This document shows, one piece after another, positions 56,708 through 63,828 of a stretch of 63,828 nt of DNA. Position numbers and translations under genes: made by a program. Location: NCBI GenBank assembly GCA_045806925.1, contig JBJMII010000085.1, positions 1 to 63,828 of the forward strand. Direction: 5' to 3'. A model generated the notes under the pieces. The model had not been told where the DNA came from, did not search any database, and worked only from the letters and a program-made list of their open reading frames with translations. The DNA comes from Mycobacteriales bacterium (GTDB lineage: Bacteria; Actinomycetota; Actinomycetes; Mycobacteriales; CADCTP01). Numbering within the stretch: position 1 is the first letter of the stretch; each line of letters starts with the position of its first letter.

Positions 56708-57871
56708 ATGTACGCCTATGACGAGATCCGTCACGTACATCTGGAACCCACCAGCCGGTGCAACGCCGGCTGCCCGATGTGCGCCCGGAACTCCTGCGGC
56801 CGGCCGGCTCCCGGGCTGCGGCTGACCGAGCTGTCGGCCGCGGACGTGCGGGCCATCCTGCCGGCCGACTTCCTGGCCCACGTCGAGGGCTTCGACCTCT
56901 GCGGCGCGTACGGCGACCCGGCGCTGACCACCGAGCTGACCGACATCCTCGAGCACGTCCGCGGCGGCTCGCCGGACTGCCTGGTCACGCTCTACAGCAA
57001 CGGCGGCATCCGGTCGGCCGGCTGGTGGCGGCGGCTCGCCGGCGTCCTCGGTCGGCCCGGCCGGGTGGTGTTCGCCATCGACGGGCTGGGCCGGACCAAC
57101 GGGATCTACCGGCGCGGGGTCGACTACGACAAGGTGATCGAGAACGCGACCGCGTTCATCGACGCGGGCGGCGAGGCGCGCTGGGAGTTCCTCGCGTTCC
57201 GGCACAACGAGCACCAGGTGGCCGAGGCCCGCGCGGTCAGCGAGCGGCTGGGCTTCGCCGAGTTCTCGGTGAAGAAGACGCAGCGGTTCCTGGAGCCGAC
57301 CTACGACCACGTGCCGGAGGTCGCCCGCGGCGGCGGCGACCTGAGCCGGTTCCCGATCTACAGTTCCGCCGGGACGGTCGTCGGGCACCTGGAGCCGCCG
57401 GCCGACCCGCAGCTGGTCAACCGCACCGCCGCCGCCTTCCCCGAGCTGGTGGCCGAGCACGGCTCACTGGACGCGCTGTTCTCCGCCACCCCGATCTCCT
57501 GCCCCGTGCTGGACACCGCGAGCGTGTTCGTCGGCGCGCAGGGTTACGCCTTCCCCTGCTGCTGGACGTACGTGCAGGCGACCCGCCCGGCACTCAACGG
57601 CTTCCGGCCCGACGCGGACCGGCAGACCTACGACCTGGTGCAGGCCACCGGAGGCTTCGAGGCGATCGACGCCCGCCGGGTGGGCCTGCGCGCCGCCGTG
57701 CACAGCGAGCTGTTCGCCGCGATCGAGCGGAGCTGGTCGTGCTCGTCGGTCGGCGAGGGCAAGCTCAAGGTCTGCGCGCGGGCCTGCGGCACCCGCTTCC
57801 CGGCGTACTTCGACCAGTTCGTCTCGGTCGACCTGCTCCCCCGGTCGCTGTACCGGCCGGCCGCCGGCTGA
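56708..57871 (+). CDS. Radical SAM protein with C-terminal twitch/SPASM-like Cys
   Basis: CNAGCPMC (CxxxCxxC), GDP, SNG, IDG; C-terminal CP..G.AFPCC..CARAC. Confidence 0.9.
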   Translation: MYAYDEIRHVHLEPTSRCNAGCPMCARNSCGRPAPGLRLTELSAADVRAILPADFLAHVEGFDLCGAYGDPALTTELTDILEHVRGGSPDCLVTLYSNGGIRSAGWWRRLAGVLGRPGRVVFAIDGLGRTNGIYRRGVDYDKVIENATAFIDAGGEARWEFLAFRHNEHQVAEARAVSERLGFAEFSVKKTQRFLEPTYDHVPEVARGGGDLSRFPIYSSAGTVVGHLEPPADPQLVNRTAAAFPELVAEHGSLDALFSATPISCPVLDTASVFVGAQGYAFPCCWTYVQATRPALNGFRPDADRQTYDLVQATGGFEAIDARRVGLRAAVHSELFAAIERSWSCSSVGEGKLKVCARACGTRFPAYFDQFVSVDLLPRSLYRPAAG

Positions 57872-57881
57872 GCGGCCCGGC

Positions 57882-58880
57882 TCAACGCGCCGAGAAGGCG
57901 TACGTGGTCCGCCACCGCTGCACCTCGCCCGGGTCGATCCGGGCGCTCGGGAAGTCCGGCCGGTTCGGCGCGTCCGGCCACGGTCCTGGCTGCAGGCACA
58001 GCCCGGCCCGCGGGCGCCGGTAGCCGTCGGCGGAGTAGACCCCCAGCCCGCTGTGGTCGGTGTGCACGGACAGCACCCGGCCGCTGGCCGGGTCGTGCAG
58101 CTCGGCGGCCGGCCCGGCACCGGGGACGAAGAAGGCGTCGAGCACGGTACGGCCGATCGGCCGGCCCCGGCCGAAGTCCAGCGACGAGCCGGCGACGTCG
58201 CGCGGCGGCCCGGGCAGCGGCACGAACCCGGCGTCGGCGGCCAGCACGCGGGCCGACGGCAGCCGGAGCAGGTGCCGGTCCACCGGCCCGGCGCCGGCGA
58301 GGTTCCAGAACGCGTGCGTGGTCAGCCCCCAGACCGTGCTGGCGGTGGTGCTCGCCCGGTGCTCGACCACCAGCCGGCCGGCCGCGACCCGGTACTCGGT
58401 CTCGGCGGTCAGCTCGCCCGGATAGCCCTGGTCACCGTCGGGGCTGCGCAGCCGCAGCAGCACGGCCGGCTCGCCCCCCACGGTCGCGTCCTCGGCGGCC
58501 CACACGTGCCGGTCGAACCCGGCCGGACCGCCGTGGATGTGGTGCGGGCCGGCATTGCGGGCCAGCCGGTGCTCGACCCCGTCGAGCCGGAAGCGGCCGC
58601 GGCGGATCACCCGGCAGAACCGGCCGAGGGTGGCGCCGACGTAGTCGCGCCGGCCCAGGTCGAGGTGCGCGGCGAGCGGCAGCCGGAGCAGCACGTCGCC
58701 GGGCCGCCCGCGCCGGTCCGGCACCCGGACCCGGGCCAGCGACGCCCCGTAGGTCCACACCGTCACCACCGGCCCGGCCCCGCCGGGATCGAGCGTGTAG
58801 GCCTCGACCTCGACCGGTCCACGGCAGCCGGGTGCGATGCCGACCGGCTCGCGCCGGACCCCCCGGCGCCCCGCACCCAT
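57882..58880 (-). CDS. Aldose 1-epimerase (mutarotase) family protein
   Basis: GATLGR, HIHGG, DGDQGYPG, TTHAFWNL; CLQP where CLE is typical. Confidence 0.87.
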   Translation of the reverse strand: MGAGRRGVRREPVGIAPGCRGPVEVEAYTLDPGGAGPVVTVWTYGASLARVRVPDRRGRPGDVLLRLPLAAHLDLGRRDYVGATLGRFCRVIRRGRFRLDGVEHRLARNAGPHHIHGGPAGFDRHVWAAEDATVGGEPAVLLRLRSPDGDQGYPGELTAETEYRVAAGRLVVEHRASTTASTVWGLTTHAFWNLAGAGPVDRHLLRLPSARVLAADAGFVPLPGPPRDVAGSSLDFGRGRPIGRTVLDAFFVPGAGPAAELHDPASGRVLSVHTDHSGLGVYSADGYRRPRAGLCLQPGPWPDAPNRPDFPSARIDPGEVQRWRTTYAFSAR

Positions 58881-58904
58881 GCGGGCAGTATGGGCTCCGC
58901 GTGC

Positions 58905-60473
58905 TCAGCCGCCGGTGCCGACCGCGGCCCGCTCCTGCAGCCGGCTGATCGCCGCCCGCAGCTCCGGCCAGCGGCGGGCCGAGGTGACCCGGACGACCGA
59001 CCCGGACAGGCAGAAGGTCAGGATGCCGGGCAGGACCGACACCCCGGTCTCCCGCAACAGCTGCCGGAAGCACAGGTAGGAGTCGTCCCACTCGGCGAAC
59101 CGGACCGCCGCGTTCACCGACCAGTGCGGCCGCAGCACGTCCGCGACCGCGGACAGGCCGGACACCGCGGCGTCCCGGAGCACCCGCAGGCCGTCCTCCC
59201 GGCCGGCGCGGTCGGCCAGGTAGCTGTCGTACGCCGCCTGCAGGTGCCGCCCGGTCAGCCCGTACGTCGGCTCGAACTCGGCCAGGTGCGCACCGGAGAG
59301 CTGCCCGTCACCGGCCACCCGCCAGCGCTCCATCCGGGCCAGCACCTCGACCAGCGTGTAGAGCACCGACGGCGGACCGCCGTACGTCGTCGAGGCGTAC
59401 TCGTAGTACTCCGCGACGAACCTCGGGTCGGCCAGCAGCCAGCCGATCTTCAGGCCGGGCGCCGACCAGTTCTTCGACAGGCTCGACACGCGCACCACGT
59501 TCGGCGCGCACCGGGCCGGTGAGCACCGGCGCCCGGGGCCGAGCCACTCGTGGCACTCGTCCAGCACGACGGTGGTGGCCGGCGACGCGGCGTGCACGAG
59601 GCGGCCCAGGTCGGCCTCCGTGACGGCGGCGCCGGTCGGGTTCCCGACGGTCTGCAGCAGCACCAGCGGGGTGTCCGGGCGCAGCGCGGCGATCAGCGGC
59701 TGGAGGCCGGTCTCGCCGCCGTCCGACGCCAGCGGGACCAGCCGGACCGGCCGGCGCCGGGCCACCGCCTCCACCAGCGGCGGGTAGTTCGGGACCGCGC
59801 ACAGCGCGACGCCGGCGGTGGCCGCCGTCGAGCTGAGCACGAAGTCGGCGACCGAGCTGACCGCCATCGTGCCGCCCATCGTCAGCGCGACGTTGCCGGC
59901 GTCGTACGGCTCCCGGCCGAGCAGCGCGTTCTCGTAGCGGGCCACCGCCTCCCGGACGGGCAGCCGGCCGCGCGAGTCGGAGTAGCCGTACCAGTCCTGG
60001 GCGAGGGCGAAGCGGACGCAGTCCTTCAGCGTCCCCGGCAGCCCCCAGGCCTGCTCGTCGACCGCCCCGCCGGACAGGACGACGTCGGCGCTCGCCCGCA
60101 GGTCTCCGTAGAGGTCGTCCCGGAAGAACCAGTTGAACAGCTCCTTGACGAAGCGCGCGGTGCCGGCGCCGGAGAGCACCTCGTCCGGGTGCACGGTGCG
60201 CAGGACCGGCCGGGACCGCCACCGCTCCGCCAGCCAGGGCCGGTGCCCGTGCCGCCCGAGCTCGCACTCGACCCGGCCCAGCCAGAGGTCGCGCAGCTCG
60301 AACGGGTCGCCCGGGTCGCGGGCGCGCCGGTAGACGTCGAGCACCCGGTCGTCCACCCCGGTCCGGAACCGGTCCCCGAGCCGGCCGGGTGCCGGTGCCC
60401 GGCGGGCGGCCAGCCGCGCGTCGTCGGGCAGCTCCGGTGCGCGCGCCGGCGGTGGTGGGTCGAACAGTGGCAT
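58905..60473 (-). CDS. Fold-type I PLP enzyme (aminotransferase class I/II) with N-terminal extension
   Basis: GYSDSRG, GNPTG, DECH, SLSK..PGLKIGW, LPG..RV. Confidence 0.85.
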   Translation of the reverse strand: MPLFDPPPPARAPELPDDARLAARRAPAPGRLGDRFRTGVDDRVLDVYRRARDPGDPFELRDLWLGRVECELGRHGHRPWLAERWRSRPVLRTVHPDEVLSGAGTARFVKELFNWFFRDDLYGDLRASADVVLSGGAVDEQAWGLPGTLKDCVRFALAQDWYGYSDSRGRLPVREAVARYENALLGREPYDAGNVALTMGGTMAVSSVADFVLSSTAATAGVALCAVPNYPPLVEAVARRRPVRLVPLASDGGETGLQPLIAALRPDTPLVLLQTVGNPTGAAVTEADLGRLVHAASPATTVVLDECHEWLGPGRRCSPARCAPNVVRVSSLSKNWSAPGLKIGWLLADPRFVAEYYEYASTTYGGPPSVLYTLVEVLARMERWRVAGDGQLSGAHLAEFEPTYGLTGRHLQAAYDSYLADRAGREDGLRVLRDAAVSGLSAVADVLRPHWSVNAAVRFAEWDDSYLCFRQLLRETGVSVLPGILTFCLSGSVVRVTSARRWPELRAAISRLQERAAVGTGG

Positions 60474-60588
60474 CTGGGTTCCCGGTGCGTCGAGGCAGGG
60501 GCGGCACCCGCCACGGCGGGTGCGGCCGCGGCGCCGGGCGCGGTCCGGCGACCACGGCCGCCGGCCCCCGGCCGGTTAGATTGCCGAC

Positions 60589-60840
60589 ATGGGCGACCTC
60601 ATCGCGGCGGTCGCCGCCGTGGCCCGACGGCACCTGCCGGCGGAGGCCCGGGCCGCGGCGGTCGACCAGGACACCGACCTCGCCGAGCTCGGCCTCGACT
60701 CGGTGCGCGTGGTGGGCTTCATGGTGGACGTGGAGCGCACCTTCGCCGTCTCCTTCCCGGACCAGCTCGTCGACGCCGCGACCTTCCGCACGCCGCGGGC
60801 GGTCGCAGAGGCGGTCCGGACGCTGCGCGGCGCCGGCTGA
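60589..60840 (+). CDS. Stand-alone acyl/peptidyl carrier protein
   Basis: LGLDSV..VE..F..FPD..F.TP; TAGATT 6 nt before the ATG. Confidence 0.9.
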   Translation: MGDLIAAVAAVARRHLPAEARAAAVDQDTDLAELGLDSVRVVGFMVDVERTFAVSFPDQLVDAATFRTPRAVAEAVRTLRGAG

Positions 60841-60990
60841 TCCCGTGCCACCCGGCGCCTCGCGCCGGTTCCCGGAATCTATCCTGCTGCCCCGGCGCCC
60901 GGGCCGGGCTCGGGAAGTCGCCGGCGCCAGCGCGGTCGCTTCGGGCGGCCCGGTCTTGCGACCCGGCGCGGCGGACACCAGGCTGGCGGC

Positions 60991-62343
60991 GTGTCGGCCA
61001 GCAGGAGCCGGTCCTCCCCGTTGCTGGCGGCGACCGTGCAGAACGCGAGACGCTCGCCGCTGTACGCGGCCGACCCGGACTGGCAGGCGGTGGCCGCGGG
61101 AGCCGGGGCGTTCGAGGACCTCCCGTTGATGACGAAGGAGATCTACCGCAGCCGCAGCACCGACCTCCTGCAGCCGCCGGACGTCGCGATCCAGCACACC
61201 AAGGGCACGACCGGGGAGGTCACCTTCCGCTACCGCAGGGCCGGCGACGCCGAGTTCCTGGCCGGCGTCCTCGCGGCGGTGTGGGAGTCCGGGTACGAGC
61301 CCTCGGTGCGGCGCCCGCTCGTGCTGCGCGAGCTGGACGGCTCGCACGGCGGCCCGGTGGCGGAGGCGGCCGGCACCGGCGTCCTCACCGCCAGCGACGA
61401 TCCCGCCGGGTTCGAGCGGGCGGTGCACCTGCTCACCCGGCGGTTCCGCGTCGCCGGCCTCGGCGACCGGGTCGCGGTCGTCTCCGGCCGGCTCCGCTTC
61501 CTGATCATCCTGACCACGACGCTACGGGAGCGCGGCATTCCCGCGGCGTCGCTCGGGGTCGGCGCCGTGCTCACCTACGGCAGCTTCGTCTCCCGCCGCT
61601 GGCGCGCCTTCCTGGAGGACTTCTGGGGGGTGGGCCTGCTCGACTCGTACTCGCTCTCCGAGATCTTCGGCTCGGCCACCAGGTGCCCGGACTGCGGGGA
61701 CTACCGCTTCGACGAGCCCTCGGTGCACGCCGAGTTCGTCAGCCCGGCGACCGGGGGGCCGGTGGACGAGGGGTGGGCGGTGCCGGTCCTCACCGAGCTC
61801 TACCCCTTCGTGACGCACGAGCCGCTGGTCCGGTACTGGACGGGCGACCTGGTCCGGCTGGATCCCCGCGGCTGCTGCGGGCCCGGCTCCTTCGCGGTGA
61901 AGGGACGGCTGGAGTCCGCGGTCCGCGACCTGGACCGCACACCGGCGCGGGTGCTCGTGCCGTGGACGGAGCTGGTCGAGGTCCTCGAGGACGTCGAGGG
62001 TCTCGCCTGGGAGGTGGACCCCTTCGACTGGTCCACCCGGGACCAGCGGGTCAGCGCGGCGCTGCGGGCCGCCCCGCTGGGCGTACCGCAGATCGCCACC
62101 CGGGTCCGCGAGGCAGCGCCCGGCGTCCGCCGGATCGAGCTGGACGCCGTGGTTCCGGACTGCCGCGCGGGCGGCGGGGAGCAGGTCGCCGAGCACCTGC
62201 GGCAGCGCCTGCTGGTCGGCTGCGCGCTGCTGGCGGAGGCGGTGCAGGAGGGGGCCTACCAGCTGCACGTCCGGGTCGTGGACCGGCTCCGGCCCCGACC
62301 GGGGCGGGAGGCGAGGACGCTGATCGACCGGATGGGCAGCTAG
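60991..62343 (+). CDS. Phenylacetate-CoA-ligase-like (PaaK-type) adenylate-forming enzyme
   Basis: LPLMTK, TKGTTG, YSLSE, PLVRYWTGD, KGR. Confidence 0.8.
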   Translation: MSASRSRSSPLLAATVQNARRSPLYAADPDWQAVAAGAGAFEDLPLMTKEIYRSRSTDLLQPPDVAIQHTKGTTGEVTFRYRRAGDAEFLAGVLAAVWESGYEPSVRRPLVLRELDGSHGGPVAEAAGTGVLTASDDPAGFERAVHLLTRRFRVAGLGDRVAVVSGRLRFLIILTTTLRERGIPAASLGVGAVLTYGSFVSRRWRAFLEDFWGVGLLDSYSLSEIFGSATRCPDCGDYRFDEPSVHAEFVSPATGGPVDEGWAVPVLTELYPFVTHEPLVRYWTGDLVRLDPRGCCGPGSFAVKGRLESAVRDLDRTPARVLVPWTELVEVLEDVEGLAWEVDPFDWSTRDQRVSAALRAAPLGVPQIATRVREAAPGVRRIELDAVVPDCRAGGGEQVAEHLRQRLLVGCALLAEAVQEGAYQLHVRVVDRLRPRPGREARTLIDRMGS

Positions 62344-62358
62344 GGCCGGCCCGCCCCG

Positions 62359-62407
62359 GGCCTCAGGGCCTCAGCGGCCTCAGGGCCTCAGGGCCTCAGG
62401 GCCTCAG
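62359..62407. repeat. 8-bp tandem repeat (6 units) including the PhyH stop
   Basis: GGCCTCAG x6 with one inserted C. Confidence 0.9.
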
Positions 62408-63150
62408 CGGCCGGTGCGCAGGCCGTCCCGGGCGACCTGCTCGGCCCGGTCCATGGCCGCCTGGTCGATCCGCGCGCTCGCGCCCTCGAACGTCATGGCG
62501 AAGGCGGCGCGGGACCGGGACCGGGAGCGGTTGGGCAGCGCCCGGTGGACGGTCACCGGATGGTGGGCGACGGCGTCGCCGGCCCGGAGCTCGACCACGA
62601 CCTCGGCGGCCTCCTCGGCCGCCGAGAAGTCGGTGATGCCGAGCGAGAAGCCCCGGACCCCGGTGAAGGCGTGCGGCCGCATCCCGCGTCGGTGCGAGCC
62701 GGGGAGATACCGGAGGCAGCCGTTCTCCAGGTCCACCGGCTCCGTGGCGAGGAAGATCTGCGTCCCGCTCGGCGGGGTCAGGCAGAAGGCGATGTTGTCC
62801 TGGTGCGGCGGGGTGGGGTGGTCGGCGCCGGCCGGCTTGTTGAGCCACATCGGCGGCCGCGCGGTCACCGGCTCCCCCAGCAGCGCGCCGGCCAGGGCCA
62901 CCCAGCGCGGGTCGCGGCGGTAGTCCTCGAAGAACGGGTCGACATTCATCCGGTGGATCTGCCGGACCACCCGCCGGCCGTCCGGGAACTCGTGCCGGAA
63001 GACTTGGCTCGCCGGCAGCCCCGGCACGACCTCCCGCAGGAACCGGTCGATTTCCGAATTCAGCCGGTCCAGGTCGTCCGGCCCGAGGAATTCGCGGACC
63101 ACGACATAGCCGTCCCGGTCGTATCGCGGCTTGTGCTCGGAGTAGTCCAC
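62404..63150 (-). CDS. Phytanoyl-CoA dioxygenase (PhyH) family Fe/2OG enzyme
   Basis: YDRDGYVV, NKP..TPPHQD, ENGCL..PGSH, VHRALPNRS..R. Start uncertain. Confidence 0.9.
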   Translation of the reverse strand: MDYSEHKPRYDRDGYVVVREFLGPDDLDRLNSEIDRFLREVVPGLPASQVFRHEFPDGRRVVRQIHRMNVDPFFEDYRRDPRWVALAGALLGEPVTARPPMWLNKPAGADHPTPPHQDNIAFCLTPPSGTQIFLATEPVDLENGCLRYLPGSHRRGMRPHAFTGVRGFSLGITDFSAAEEAAEVVVELRAGDAVAHHPVTVHRALPNRSRSRSRAAFAMTFEGASARIDQAAMDRAEQVARDGLRTGR

Positions 63151-63177
63151 GCTGCTGCCGATCCCGACGCCCGAGTC

Positions 63178-63206
63178 TTGACAGAGCCGGCGAATAGTAG
63201 CATAGT
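63178..63206 (+). promoter_or_regulatory. Principal-sigma-type promoter
   Basis: TTGACA-N17-CATAGT in an AT-enriched intergenic region upstream of 63318. Confidence 0.6.
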
Positions 63207-63317
63207 ATTTCGCCGAGAGGCAAGCCGACTCATTGTCGTGGGGGGCGCCATGGATCCGCGGGCCGGCGCGCGAAATGCCTTCCGGGAGTCGTGTCCCGCC
63301 GCCGTCCGGAGCATTCC

Positions 63318-63828
63318 GTGACGATCGGGCTGGCGCGCCGCATCCCGAACCCGCGATTTCTCTGTCTCTACGCCCCCTTGCAGTACACCCCGGAGGAGGT
63401 GATCCGGCCGGACAGCTCGCTCGGCCTGCCCTACCTGTACGCCGCCCTCGCCGCGGCCGGCTTCGAGGTGAGCCTGCTCGACACCAGCATCGGCCGGCCC
63501 GACCGGGACCGGCTGGCCGACACCTTCTACCGGCGGACGCCGCTGCCCGAGATCTCACCCGACCACTTCCGCATCGGGATGACCCCCGAGCGGATCCTCG
63601 AGGAGGTCGAGGACTTCGACGTCGTCGCGGTGAGCTCGATCTTCACCCAGCAGACGTCGCGCTGCCTGGAGATCGGCCGGCTGGTCAAGCAGGCCTACCC
63701 GGACAAGATCCTCATCGCCGGCGGCGTCAACGCGCGGAGCCTGAAGTCGGTCTTCTTCGACCACGGCTACGACGTGGTGTTCGTCTCGGAGTCGGAGAAG
63801 CCGCTGGTCGCCTTCGCGTCGTTCCTGA
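63318..63828 (+). CDS. Cobalamin-binding protein, probable class B radical SAM enzyme (N-terminal part, runs off the window)
   Basis: Hand translation: SLGLPYL..L...GFEV.LLD, RIGMT, DVVAVSSIFT, VKQAYP..I.AGG.NA, DVV..ESE. Open to the window edge; the CxxxCxxC motif is not reached. Confidence 0.85.
   Translation, partial: MTIGLARRIPNPRFLCLYAPLQYTPEEVIRPDSSLGLPYLYAALAAAGFEVSLLDTSIGRPDRDRLADTFYRRTPLPEISPDHFRIGMTPERILEEVEDFDVVAVSSIFTQQTSRCLEIGRLVKQAYPDKILIAGGVNARSLKSVFFDHGYDVVFVSESEKPLVAFASFL

Noticed and set aside
59550..62636. 1028-aa plus-strand ORF
   Set aside because: Arg/Gly/Pro-rich off-frame shadow over well-supported genes.
49323..63828. Assignment to carbapenem, phosphonate or RiPP classes
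   Set aside because: No beta-lactam synthetase/CarB, PEP mutase or precursor peptide in the window. It cannot be excluded beyond the right edge.

Overview
Very GC-rich actinobacterial chromosome segment. No rRNA, tRNA, CRISPR array or intact mobile element was recognised. From left to right it holds: a type II fatty-acid synthase operon (fabD with a fused biotinyl/lipoyl-like domain, fabH, acpP, fabF, carboxyltransferase) facing a DUF3145 gene; a small unknown gene under a LexA/SOS box; two PAP2 phosphatases; a sugar ABC transporter; a 7-gene minus-strand tailoring cluster (DegT aminotransferase, MFS, sulfotransferase, SDR, methyltransferase, D-amino-acid dehydrogenase, racemase); a stress/accessory region containing a large-serine-recombinase derivative without a catalytic domain behind a perfect 17-bp tandem array, plus STAS and SigB/F-type genes; aroE; and a CsnR-like ROK/ABC/GH4/kinase locus. 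From about 49.3 kb to the right edge is an NRPS/PKS-free biosynthetic cluster: stand-alone ACP, two adenylate-forming enzymes, three different Fe/2OG oxygenases, a radical SAM, a truncated B12-binding (probable radical SAM) gene absent from the ORF track, a PLP enzyme, SIS, BtpA, mutarotase, cupin-GNAT and LLM. Many short tandem repeats sit at gene boundaries. All calls come from motif recognition by eye, and many starts were re-picked from the ORF track using RBS, overlap or -10 evidence.
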